The notes under the pieces were generated by a model. That model ran no database searches and was not told where the DNA came from. It worked only from the letters and a program-made list of their open reading frames with translations. The translations under genes were made by a program, and so were the position numbers. 64,000 nt of DNA, taken from contig OZ024740.1 of assembly GCA_964016885.1 (NCBI GenBank), forward strand, positions 320,292,001-320,356,000, written 5' to 3'. The DNA comes from Eledone cirrhosa (taxonomy: Eukaryota). This document shows, one piece after another, positions 25,693-37,700 of this stretch. Position 1 is the stretch's first letter. Every line of letters begins with the position of its first letter.

Positions 25693-27770
25693 CCTGAGAT
25701 CCAGCCTCTGAAAACGGGCCCAAATCCGGCTGCCCTCAGGACCACCACCAGATAATGATGGTCGACCCTATCGAAAGCTTTTGACTGATCTAAATTGATC
25801 AAGATCCCTCCCGTGCCAGGTTCGTTAGCTACCCTCTCCACGATGTATCGCATGAGGTGGAGGTTGTCATGGATGCATCTGTCTGTAATGGCGCATGTCT
25901 GCGCCTCTCCCACCAGACCACCGACGACAAGCGCCAACCTCTTTGGCAGCACCTTGGCCAAAATCTTGAAGTATGTGTTTAGCAGAATTATGGGCCTGAA
26001 ACTATCTATCTTGTCCTTGTTTGGGTTCTTTTTCAGCTTCCACTCCTCGGCTTACAGAGCTGGGAATTTTCCCGTTCTGCTGCCAGTTGCAGTAGATGTC
26101 CGCCAAGAGGCCACCGAATATGTCTGGCATGCGTACGTAAAGCTCGTAGGGCAGACTTTCCAAACCAGGCGATTTACCCATCGTGCAACCAGTCATTTCT
26201 ACCCGTATTTCAGCGGCTGTTATCGGCTTTTCGCAGCGCTCCGCCTCAGTGGCTGAGAACCGCGGCAGTCCGTCGAGGTAGGCGCTAAAGTCCATCCTGC
26301 GATCCAACCCACCACTGTCCCCGAACAGCTGAGTGAAGTGCCGCTGAAAATCCGCACACATTTGCTCGGGTTTGAGTAACATGCGTCCGTCGTGGTCCTC
26401 CAAAGACCGGATCGTGGCTTTGTTACTACGACGCGCCTCCGCCACTCGGCCCCATCGAACGTCTTTTGTCCCCTCGTTTCTGAGAGCACGCGCCCTAGCT
26501 CTGACAACGCAGCCTCTGTGCTTTGCGTTGAAGAATTGATCAAGGGCCAATTTCGCCGCAAGCACGTCGGTCGCGATGCCTTTACTAAGCGCCTCGTCTA
26601 ATTTTCTAACTAGTTCTCCCTCTCCTCTATTTTTCTCTATTGCTAACGCCTTACTAAACGTAATGGACTCCATTCTAATCGCCCTTTTCAGGGCGAACCA
26701 CGATTTGTTGTTGACGATTGCCACCGTCAACGCCCGCTTAACTAGTTCGCTAATCAGGACTCTGTAGGCTTTGCGCCCTGTCAACGACACGGTTAGCTTC
26801 CAGTAGTCGGCTCCCTGTCTATGAAACATATCAAAGTCGTCCACACAGGTCACGAATTCGTGGTCTGTGTAGTTGACTATTTTGAATTGTAGACAACCTA
26901 TGCTAGAACTATCTATTTCCTTACAAAATACTCTATCTAGATACGATCTGGATGACTCGATGCGGTTTGTCCATGTCGACATTGGCACATTCGGGAAATC
27001 CAGTCGGTACCTGCCAGACAGTTGAAAGCGTCTGAGCAGGTTTGCGAGGCTTTTACAGCCTCCTCACCTATCCGCTAACCCACACAATCCCAGCGCACAT
27101 CCAAGATCCCGTTCCAATCGCCCGCTAACATTAAAGAGCGGGACGTTCCTAGAAGGTCGCCAGTCGCCTGAAGAAATCAGGCCGTCCTGCCCTTGTTGAG
27201 ACATAAACATCCTCTAGCCTAAAAGCATAGCCTTCGCTGCTGGTCACGTCCAGCACCACCAACTTACCTTCTGGGTCAAGGAAGATGGTCTGTATCACGA
27301 GATCCAGGCCTCTCCAAAACAACACAGCGACTCCGCCTCCCGATCGTGGCCGGCTTGGAGATGCGAACACACCGTAACCGCCGAATATGGGTGCGATGGC
27401 ATGTACCTCGGAAATTCTGGTCTCGATGATGGCCACCACATCTACATTCATTGACCTGGGGTCGTTCAGCAGGTCACCCTGCTTCCATGACGACCCCAGG
27501 CCACACGTATTTATGCTGCCTATTCTGAGTAAGGTCCTGTTGAAAAGGAGTGGAAAAAGATGGGAAAGCCCACTTATCGCAGTTCTTGTGGAAGAAGGGT
27601 GGTTTTTTCGTCCTTCTGACTGTTTGTGTCCCCTTCTGGAAGGATGTCTTTATATAGCTGTCTTAACTTTCTTGTTAGTTTGTTTGTTTCGTCCTGTATT
27701 TTGTTTTTGGAGGGCGAAGAAAGAGGATTTTTTCCTTTTTTGGTTTCTTTTTTTCCAGATAGAGTTTCCC
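25693..27770 (-). mobile_element. Tx1 segment E5b: ORF1 tip plus ORF2 from APE to mid-RT, degenerate
   Basis: ORFs 27149-27451, 26002-26988 and 25611-25961 match ORF2 as far as FRGWI. Confidence 0.85.
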
Positions 27771-30026
27771 GCCCTTGGATCCAAGCCTCTCCGAAAAAGC
27801 AAAGCAACTCCTCCCCCTGATCCTAGACGGCTGGGAGATGCGTATACAGCGTAGCCGCCGAAGATCGATGCGAAGGCTCGTGCTTCGGAAATTCTGGTCT
27901 CGCTGATGGCCACCACATCTATGTTTAGTGACCTGAGATCGTTAAGCAGGTGGCCCTGCTACCAAGATGAGCCCAGGCCACGTACATTTATACTGCCTAT
28001 TCTAAGTAAGGCCATGTTGGGTGAGGAATGGAGTAGGTGAGAAAGGATCACTTACTCTGATCGTGTGGGTAAGGGACAGTCGAACCGTCCCTTTGGCTGG
28101 TCATGGGTGTTTCCAAGATGATGTCGGTGTATATCTTCTTGGTAACCGACCCTCTGAAGTCTCCAAATGCGTTGGGGAATTTTTCTTTTAAAAGTTTATA
28201 ATGTTCTATATTTGGGGGGAGAGTTCTTGGTGTTGGTGGGGTGTAGTAATTTTTGTCTGTGATGTCTGTGTGCTGCTTTATAGGTTGTAAGAGTTCTTTA
28301 TTTGCCATGTTTATGGCTGTGTACTTTTGAGGGGGAGGGGTGGTTTTGTTGCTGTTTTCTTGTTGTTGCTGTTGGGTGTGTGTGCTTTGTTGTGTTTGCG
28401 ATGTTGGTGTTTTTGGTGATACTGGTGGTGGTGGTGTGGTTGTTGTTGGTGGTGATGCTTGTGGTGGTGATGGTGATGGTGCTGGTGATGGTGATGGTGA
28501 TGGTGGTGGTGTTGGTGATGGTGGTGGTGTTGCTGCAAGTCTCCTTGCAGCCTTTGTCCCTCTTTGTTTGCCTTCGCTTTTGGAGCGTGAAGCTAGCGTT
28601 TTTTGTCTTTTTTTCTTTTTTGTGGCAGACCGTTTGCCACTTGCCTCCCGCCTCATACGGATTCCGTGGCGTCTGGGAGGGGTATGAGCTCCACTGCTGT
28701 TGGTGGTGGTAGTGGAGCCCGCTCTGGCGATTTTGCGGCCGGTGTAGCTACTGCGACTGTTGGTGTTGCCGCCACTGCTGCCGCTGTTTTAGTTGTCCGT
28801 GGCTTTGGTATGGGTGTCACGGACGTTGCCCTCCTACTCACCATGGAAGGGTTTTCTGCCTCTGTTGCCTGCCCTGCTCTTGGTAGCAGCGGATCAGGCG
28901 TCGGAAGGAGGGGCGCCCTCTTCTTGGCTGTCTTCTACGGGCAGAAGGCCCTGAAGTGACCCTTCTGCCCACAGAGATAGCACTTTGGGCACCTTCCTGC
29001 CACGCTTATAGAGAGTTGGAGACCTTCCTCGAGGTCTATGATATCTGGGATGGCCTCAATGCACTCCTTGTCAGTTTGTATTAGCATTTGCATACCTATT
29101 CCTGACCAGTTTTCTCTTCCCATTCTCTGTATTTGCAGTATGGTGGTCTTCTCCTCGATTCCAGCAAGTACAGACGCGGCCAGCCAAGGTATGGGCACGT
29201 CGGCGTACGTTTTGCCTCGGGTGGTGTGGGTTTTGCGCACCCAGACGAACCCCAAGGCTTTTGGGATTTTTGCCTCTGTGGCTCTCACCACCCGATGTGA
29301 CATTTTGCTTACGGTGCGGTAAGTCACCGTGCGCAGCTGCTGGTCTTTGAGGAAATCGGGTGGAGGTTTTCAGCGGCACCATTATTGCTGCCGCTACTGC
29401 TGCTACTGGTCTTGTTGTTGGTGCTGTTGCTGTTGCTACTGTTACAAACGGTGTTGTTGCTGTTGTTGTTGTTATCACTGTTGTAGTTGGTTGTGTTTTT
29501 GGTGTCACCGTTGTTGTTGTTTTCGGTGCAATTTGTATTGTTGCTGTTGGTGTTGTCATTGTTTATTTTCTTGTTAGCGGTGTTAATATCGTTGTTGCAT
29601 TTGTTGCTATTTTTTCTGTTGTCTGTATTTTGGTTCTCGCTGTTATTGTTGTAGTTGGTGTGGTAATTTTTTTTAAATTAGTGTTCTCAGTGTTGTTGTC
29701 TTTGTTCACGTTGTTTGTGGTGGTGTTTGTTGTATCAATTTCTGTAACCCTCCTCTCAACTTTTACGCCGTTGTCACACGAAAGCAGACATATTGCTGGG
29801 GTGCGTGGCTCAGCCATTTTTTATTTTTTTATTTTTAAAAGTAAAATGTTCAAATATTGTTCAAATATTTGAGCCAAAAAGGCACAAATATTATACTTTC
29901 CCCTTCACAGGGCAAATTCCAAGGGCTAATATCCCTTACACAACAAGAAAAATTAAACAACAAATAATTATAACAGTTAAATAAAGCGACTTGCTGGGAG
30001 CGACCAAAAAGACGTCCGAACAGACC
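27771..30026 (-). mobile_element. Tx1 segment E5a: 5' UTR, broken ORF1 and start of ORF2
   Basis: 5' end abuts (AAT)n at 30027. Knuckle CYLCGQKGHFRAFC. ORF1 ends at 28048; the APE start is broken at ~27770. Confidence 0.85.
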
Positions 30027-30356
30027 AATAATAATAATAATAATAATAATAATAGTAATAATAATGATTTCTTTATTGGCCACAAGGGCTGACATCAAGA
30101 AAAACATCACAGACGGAACAGGACGGTACGATGTGGGTTTTGTGCGTGTAAATATTTTTATTATTTATATAAGAAAAGAAAAAAAAAGGCATAGAAACAT
30201 ATATATATAAACAATAAAATGAAAATTGAAACAATGAAAAATTCCCCAATAGGGGGGAAACCTCCGAGGGTTACTCGTGGCGAAAACCACACAAAAGACC
30301 ACGGCCACCCTGACTACCAGGGCAAGCGCCCTCTCTCAATGTTTCCATCTCTCAAA

Positions 30357-33300
30357 CTACAGACGTATATTCAGAGTGGTCCCGTTCACTCGGACCATTT
30401 TCGCTACATTCACCCACCTTTCAACAAGCTTGCTAGAAAGCAGCACTTGCCTCTCCACCCTGATTTTCCTCTTCAAGTGAAACTTGAAAAAGTTAATTAG
30501 GGATTCGCCGAAGAGGAAAGTGTTTGTCTTTAATCCTTTTAACCTTGTCCACCACACAATCTCTTTCGCCATGGCCACCAAGCAGATGAAAACCACCTGC
30601 CCTTCCTCCTCGAAGGAAGACGGTGAGACCATCTGCACAATGGACTCAGTCGACAACCGGATCAGTCCCACACGCAACAGCAACTGTTCGACATAGCTCC
30701 ACAAGTCAGCAATGCTCGGGCACTGAACGAGTGCGTGCACAACGGTTTCGTCGCTATGCGCGCATCTCGAACAGGCTCGGCTGACGGCACTTCCGTGCCT
30801 GTAGAGCTTATCTCGAACCGGCAGCGCTCCCCGGTAGCACTGCCAGGCCAGGGATTTTTGGAAGTTATCCATAGGCCCCGGGCTGAAAGTTCTCCGGAAG
30901 AGAGCAAACAGCTGATCTTCTTCGACGCCCAGGATCTCTCCGAGAATGTCGTCGCTCTTCCCCTCCACTAGTCCTCTATAGAACGCCGAGGTGGATGTTC
31001 CACCGATACTGGTGCCCAACTGGGAGAGGGCAGTGAGCGCCTGGAGACATTCCAGTTTCCAAGCGCTATCCCTCGGTCTTTTTCTGACCCAGGACTGCAG
31101 CTCCGTCAAGGAGACGAGCTGTGGGAAAATGTGCCTGGCGAACAGCGACCACACCCGTTCACCATCAAGGAAGCACCAGAGATGTCGCAGCCTCAGCGCA
31201 TGTTTGCGCATCATCAGCCATGGCACGTCCAGTCCTCCACGCAAAGGGTGTTGACAGCAGATGGATCGACTGACCATGGGAGCGCGTCCCTTCCACAAAA
31301 AGCGGAAGAGGAGGCGCTCCATTTTGGTGAAAGTTGGGCTGGAGCAAGGGACGACGGTCAGGCGGTAGCAGATGACAGACGCGATGTACGCATTCGCCAC
31401 TTCCGCCCGGCCTTTCAGGGACAGCTTCATCTCAGCCCATTTCTGGGTGAGGAGGCCACCCTGCTCGTCACCTCGTTCCAGTTTTTCTCCATCTGGAGGT
31501 CCTGTCCGAACCAGACCCCGAGCAATTTAACCGGTCCGTCCGTCCAACACCCCACGACGCTGTCGGACGGCATGGACTTGCCTCTCCAGATGCCTAGCTG
31601 CAAGCCCACCGACTTTTCCTGGTTTATCTTTGCTCCTGTCACCGCTTCGTATTCCTTGAGAGTGGTGCCGAGCATCTGGACGTGTCTGGTGCTCGACACC
31701 ACCACAGTGACGTCGTCAGCGTAAGCCGACTCGGATTTCCCGCATCCTAGTTCGCGTGGGACGCCCCTCACCGCCCCCAGTTTGTGCAGTAACGGCTCGA
31801 GAGCCAATACGTACAAGAGGGACGAGAGGGGACAACCCTGGCGGACTGAGCGCATGATGCTGAACGGCTGCGACAGGTGACCGTTCACCCTCACAACTGA
31901 GCAGATGTCGCTGTACATTGCTGCGATCCAACCCCTGAAAACGGGCCCGAAACCGGCTGCCTCGAGGACCGCCGCCAGGTATCGATGGTCGACCCTATCA
32001 AATGCGATACATCATAGAGAGGGTGGTTAAGGAACCTGGCAAGGGTGGGGCCCTGATAAACTTGGATCAATCCAAAGCATTCGATAGGGTCGACCATCGA
32101 TACCTGGCGGCGGTCCTCGAGGCAGCCGGTTTCGTGTATGGATCTGTCCGGAATGGCGCATGTCTGCGCCTCTCCCACCAGACCCTTGACGACAAGCGCC
32201 AACCTCGTTGCTAACACCTTGGCCAAAATCTTGAACTCTGCGTTTAGCAGGGTTATGGGCCTGAAATTATCAATAACATCCCCCTTGTTCGGGTCTTTTC
32301 TCAGCAGCGCCACTGCGCCCCGGCTCACAAAACTGGGAATGCTCCCGTTCTGCTGCCAGTTGCAGTAGACGTCTGCCAAGAGGTCACCGAACAAGTCTGG
32401 AATAAATGCATAAAGCTCGTAGGGCAGACCATCTAAACCTGGCGATTTACGTCTTGTGCAGTTAGCCATCGCTTCCCGTATTTCACCGGCTGTTATTGGC
32501 TTTTCGCAACACTGTGCTGCGGTCGTCGAGAGCCGAGGCAGTCCGTCGAGGTATGCACTGAAGTCCATGCCCCGATCCGGACCGCCGCCGCTCCCGAACA
32601 GTTCAGAAAAGTGCTGCTGAAAAGCTTCACACATCCGCTCGGGTTCGAGCATCACGCACCCGTTTTGGTCAGGCAAAGACCGAATTGTGGCTTTGTTGCC
32701 ACGTCGCGCCTCTGCTACCCGGGCCCATTGGATGGCTTTTGTCCCCTCGTGTTTCAGAGCACGCGCTCTAGCTCTAACAACGCAGCCTTCGTGTTTTACG
32801 TTGAAGAATTGATCGAGTGCCAATCTCGCCGCAAGCACGTCGGTTGCGATGCCTGTCCTAAACGCCTCTTCTAGCTTTCTGACTAGCTCTCCCTCTACTC
32901 TATTTTCCTCTATCACTATTCCTTTGCTAAACCTAATCGACTCTACTTTAATTGCCCTTTTCAGGGCGAACCACCACCTGTTGTTGACGACCGCTCCCGT
33001 CAATGCCCGCTTAACTAATACGCTAATCCGGTCTTTGTAGGCCTTGCGCGCCGGGAAAGACGCGTTCAGCTTCCAGTAACCAGGCCCATGTCTATGAAGT
33101 CTGTCTATGTCGATCTCACAGATCACAAATTTGTGGTCTGTGTAATCGACTATTTTAAATTGTGGACAACTTATACTAGCCTTATCTAGTTCCCTGCAGA
33201 ATACCCTATCTAGATACGATCTGGATGACCCGATGCGGTTTGTCCATGTCCACATTGGCACATTTGGGTGATCCAGTCGATACCTGTCAGATAGTTCAAA

Positions 33301-33813
33301 ACGTCTGAGCAGGTTGGTGAGGCTCTTGCACCCTCCTCCCCTATCCACTAGCCCCACACGATCTCAGCGTGCATCCAAGATACCGTTCCAGTCGCCCACT
33401 AACACTAAAGAGCGGGACGTTCCAAGAAAGGTCTCTAGACGTCTGAAGAAATCTGGCCGTCCTGCTCCTGTTAAGGCGTAGACGGCTACTAGCCTGAAAG
33501 CATTGCCTTCGCTGCCGGTCACGTCCAGCACCACCGACTTACCTTCTGGGTCCAGGAAGATGGCCCGTATCGCGAGACCCAAGCTTCTCCGAAAAAGGAC
33601 GGCAACCCCTCCCCCCGATCCTGGACGGCTGGGAGATGCGTATACATCGTAGCCGCCGAAGATCGGTGCGAAGGCGCGTGCCTCGGAGATTCTGGTTTCA
33701 CTGATGGCCACCACATCTATGTTTAATGACCTGAGGTCATTGAGCAGGTGACCCTGCTTCCAAGATGACCCCAGGCCACGTGCATTTATACTGCCTATTC
33801 TGAGTACAGCCAT
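30357..33813 (-). pseudogene. E4 ORF2 (APE-RT-Zn finger) disrupted by a stop, an inversion and frameshifts
   Basis: Fragments 33364-33849, 31891-33357, 31427-31918 (AYADD) and 30357-31430. Confidence 0.9.
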
Positions 33814-33921
33814 GTTGGATGAAAAACGGGGCAAATGAGAAAGGGTCACTTACCTTGTTCGTGTGGTGAAGGGACAGTCGAACCGTCCCTTTGTCTGGTC
33901 ATGGGTGTTTCCAAGAGGATG

Positions 33922-36045
33922 TCAGTGTATATCCTCTTGGTAACCGTACCCCTGAAGTCTCCAACTGCGTTGGGGAATTTTTGTTTTAAAGGTTTGTATT
34001 GGTCTATTGAGAATTCGATGATGCTTATGTTTGTCGGGAGAGTTCTTGGTGTTGGTGGGGTGTAGTAGTTTTTTTCCGTGATGCCTGTGTGCTGCTTTAT
34101 ATATTTTATGAGTTCTTTTTTTTGCTATGTTTATGGCTGTGTACTTTTTGGGGGCTGGGATGATTTTGTTGCCGTTTTCTTCTTGTTGCTGTTTGGTGTG
34201 TGTGTCTTGTTGTGTTTGCGTTGTTCGTGTTTGTGGTGGTGTTGCTGCAAGTTTCCTTGCTGCCTTTACTCCTCTTTGTATGCCTTCGCTTTTGGAGGGT
34301 GAATCTAAGGGTTTTTTTGTTTTTTGTTTTTTGTGGCAGACTGTTTGCCACGTCACTCCCGCCTCAAACTCCATGTCGGATTCTGTGGCGTCTGGGAGGG
34401 GTATGTGCTCCACGGCTGTTCGTGGTGGTAGTGGAGCCCTCTTCGGCAATTTTGTTGCTGGTGTAGCTATTTCAAATGTAGCTATTGGTGTTGCCGCTAC
34501 TGATGATGCTGCTTTAGTTGTCCGTGGCCTTGGTACGGGTGCTACGGACGTTGCCCTCCTACTCACCGTGGAAGGGTGTTCTTCGTTTGTTGCCTGTCCG
34601 GCTCTTGGTAGCAGCAGACCAGGTATTGGAAGCAGAGGGGCCCTCTTCGGTGTCTTCTGCGGGCAAAAGGCCCTGAGGTGACCTTTCGACCCACAGAGAT
34701 AACATTTTGGCCGTCTTCCTTCTACACTTATAGGGAGTTGGAGTCCTTCCTCGAAGTCTATGATATCGGGGATAGCCTCGATACATTCCTGGTCAGTTTG
34801 TATAAGCATTTGCATGCCTATACCTGACCAGTTCTCTCTCCCTATTTTTTCTACTTGCAGCATGGTCGCCCTGTTCTCAATTCCAGCAAGGACAGACGCG
34901 GCCAGCCAAGGTATGGGCACGTCGGGTGGGACCTGGGTCACTTTGACCCTCACAATTTTCTGCCCGCAGTAGGAGGGCACCAAGACTAACTCCTCACTCT
35001 TTAGGGTTTCCAAAGAGTGAGACTTCGCTTCCTGGGTGGTGGCGAAAAGTACGTCTACTATGGCGTACTTTCTGCCTCGGGTGATGTGGGTTTTGCGTGC
35101 CCAGACGCACCCCAAGGCCTTTTGGATTTGAGCCTCCATGGCTCTCTCCACTCGATGTGAGATTTTGCTTACGGTGCGGTAAGTCACCGTCCGTAGCTGC
35201 TGGTCCTTGAAAAAATCGGGTGGAGGTTTCAGGGAAACTCTATTTGCGCTTCTTGTCACCATGGCCCTTGCGACTGCCATCTCCTCCTCTGTGACTAACA
35301 CTGTCTCGATATTTCGGGCGACACCTGCAAAAGAAGTGGTCCCTTTTTCAGCAGCACCACTATTGCTGCCGCTACTGGTCTTACTGGTGGTGCTGAGGTC
35401 GCTATTACAGGTATCGGTGTCATTGTTGTTCTTTTCGCTGGTACAGTTGTTGGTGTTGTTTTCGTTGATACTGTTGCTGCTGTTAGTGTTATTGTGGCTG
35501 TTGTTATTATTGTTGTTTTTGTTGATACTGTTCCTACTATTATTGTTGTTGTGGCTGTTGTTATTGTCATTGTTATTGTCGTTCTCGACCTTACCGCTGT
35601 TATTTTTGTTATTGTCGTTCTCGACCTTACCGCTGTTATTTTTGTTATTGTCGTTCTCGACCTTACCGCTGTTATTTTTGTTATTGTCGTTCTCGACCTT
35701 ACCGCTGTTATTTTTGTTATTGTCGTTCTCGACCTTACCGCTGTTATTTTTGTTATTGTCGTTCTCGACCTTACCGCTGTTATTTTTGTGATTGTCGTTC
35801 TCGACCTTACCACTGTTATTTTTGTGATTGTCGTTCTCGACCTTACCACTGTTATTTTTGTTATTGTCGTTCTCGACTTTACCGCTGTTATTTTTGGTGT
35901 TGTTGTTGGTGATGTTGTTGGTATTATTGTTGGTGTTGTTTGTGTTAGAAATATTTGGTAATTTTAAATCTGTAACAATCTTTTTTTTTCCTTTGTAATA
36001 TTTTCGTTTATATTTACCTCCGCTGGAACGCTGTCTTGTTGACAT
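33922..36045 (-). CDS. E4 ORF1 (gag-like; CCHC knuckle, Asn-rich N-terminus); frameshifted near the C-terminus
   Basis: 707 aa with CYLCGSKGHLRAFC; core homologous to E2 ORF1. The natural end (..HEQGK*) is at ~33846 in another frame. Confidence 0.8.
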   Translation of the reverse strand: MSTRQRSSGGKYKRKYYKGKKKIVTDLKLPNISNTNNTNNNTNNITNNNTKNNSGKVENDNNKNNSGKVENDNHKNNSGKVENDNHKNNSGKVENDNNKNNSGKVENDNNKNNSGKVENDNNKNNSGKVENDNNKNNSGKVENDNNKNNSGKVENDNNNDNNNSHNNNNSRNSINKNNNNNNSHNNTNSSNSINENNTNNCTSEKNNNDTDTCNSDLSTTSKTSSGSNSGAAEKGTTSFAGVARNIETVLVTEEEMAVARAMVTRSANRVSLKPPPDFFKDQQLRTVTYRTVSKISHRVERAMEAQIQKALGCVWARKTHITRGRKYAIVDVLFATTQEAKSHSLETLKSEELVLVPSYCGQKIVRVKVTQVPPDVPIPWLAASVLAGIENRATMLQVEKIGRENWSGIGMQMLIQTDQECIEAIPDIIDFEEGLQLPISVEGRRPKCYLCGSKGHLRAFCPQKTPKRAPLLPIPGLLLPRAGQATNEEHPSTVSRRATSVAPVPRPRTTKAASSVAATPIATFEIATPATKLPKRAPLPPRTAVEHIPLPDATESDMEFEAGVTWQTVCHKKQKTKKPLDSPSKSEGIQRGVKAARKLAATPPQTRTTQTQQDTHTKQQQEENGNKIIPAPKKYTAINIAKKRTHKIYKAAHRHHGKKLLHPTNTKNSPDKHKHHRILNRPIQTFKTKIPQRSWRLQGYGYQEDIH
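35572..35896. repeat. 36 bp coding minisatellite, 9 copies (NNSGKVENDNNK), in E4 ORF1
   Basis: gttctcgac recurs every 36 bp from 35581 to 35869. Confidence 0.95.
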
Positions 36046-36349
36046 ACTGATAAAGTCTCCCTCTCTCTGTGTTGTCTGACAGGGCTCTCTCTCTTTCTTG
36101 TGTTATCCATGTTGAAATTTTTCAAAAGAATATTTTTACACAAATACGAATACGACACCCCGTAAAGGGGTGCCGTATTATTTACTAGTGAACCCCTGTA
36201 TTAGGTGGGTCACTTCTTCTAAACTTTTATCAAATTTAAAACTTGAATAAAAGGTTTAGAACGGTTGAAAAAGAGGTAAAACGTTGAAAAAGACTGGAGG
36301 CGATAAGAAGCGTGGCTTCACCAACAATAATAATAATAATAATAATAAT

Positions 36350-36973
36350 GCTTTCTTTATTAACCACAAGGGTTTACAGAAAGTAGACATTAAGGACAGT
36401 ACAAGACAATACAGGACGGTACGAATGGGCATTTCTGCGTGTAAAAAAACAAAAAAACAGAGGATGTAATAATAGAACAATGAAAAAATTCCCCAATATG
36501 GGGGAGACTTCCGAGGGACATTCGTGGAGAAAGCCCATTAAAAAGCCACAGTGACCCTGACCACCAGGGCAAGTGCCCTCTCCCAGTTTCCCACCTTTAA
36601 TTTACAGACACATACTCACTCGGGCCATACTTGCTTCTCTCACCCATCTTTCAACAAAATGCTGGGAAGAGAGCACTTCCCTCTCTACCCTGATTTTCCT
36701 TTTCAAATGAAATTTGAAAAAGTTAATCAGGGCATCACCGAAGAGGTAAGTGCTCGTCTTCAGCCCTTTCAAACGTGTCCACCATACTATCTCTTTCGCC
36801 ATGGCCACCAGACAGATAAAAACTGCCTGCCCTTCCCGGCTAAAGGAAGAGGGCGGGGCAATCCTCACGATGGACTCAGCTGATAGCTGGATCCGCCCTA
36901 CATGCGACAGCAGGTGTTCGACATAAACCCACAAGTCAGCAATGCTCGGACACTGGACGAGTGCGTGCGGGAC
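36350..36973 (-). mobile_element. Tx1 element E3, 5'-truncated 3' end (E1/E2 subfamily)
   Basis: Near-identical to the 3' end of E1/E2; (ATT)n tail at 36326-36349. Confidence 0.92.
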
Positions 36974-37388
36974 TAGTCCAGTGATAATAATAACAGTCTA
37001 ATGTTCTCAAACATATGAGCAGATGCATTATATTATATAAACAATGTAAACCTGCTTTACTTTATTCCAGTACTGTAATTCAACTGTAAATATATCTTCA
37101 GTTTATCTTGCCGAATAGTTTCCTATTTTCAATTTGCTTAATAATAGCTTTATTTATTTATACATTTATTTATTTTCCCCCTATTTAACTACTTGAATTT
37201 ATTCAATTTATATATTATTCTTTGCATAAAAACACTTGTAGATATTAATCAAGAGTTTTCTCTTTCCTCGAGACAAGAATTTTCATTTTATTTAAACAAT
37301 TTTCTTTCGGAACATCTAAATTTTAATTCTCAGAGAAATTCGCCAAATATATGCAACAGCAACAATGACAGCGACAATGATGACGATG

Positions 37389-37440
<52 letters not shown>

Positions 37441-37700
37441 TTTCTTTATTAACCACAAGGGTTTACATAAAGTAGACATTAAGGACAGTGCAGGACAATG
37501 CAGGACGGTACAAATGGGCATTTCTGCGTGTAAAAAACAAAAACAGAGGATGTAACAAAAATAACAATGAAAATAACAATGAAAAAATTCCCCAATAGGG
37601 GGGAGACTTCGGAGGGACATTTGTGGAGAAAGCCCAGTAAAAAGCCACAATGACCCTGACCACCAAGGCAAGTGCCCTCTCCCAGTTTTCCACCTTTAGT

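Larger units (their letters stand above)
30066..36322 (-). mobile_element. Tx1 element E4, full length, mutated (second subfamily)
   Basis: 5' UTR, ORF1, ORF2, 3' UTR with aataaa and an (ATT)n tail (30027-30065). Confidence 0.93.

Noticed and set aside
35572-35896. 36 bp periodic array resembling CRISPR
   Set aside because: No unique spacers, no cas genes, eukaryotic context; it is a coding minisatellite.
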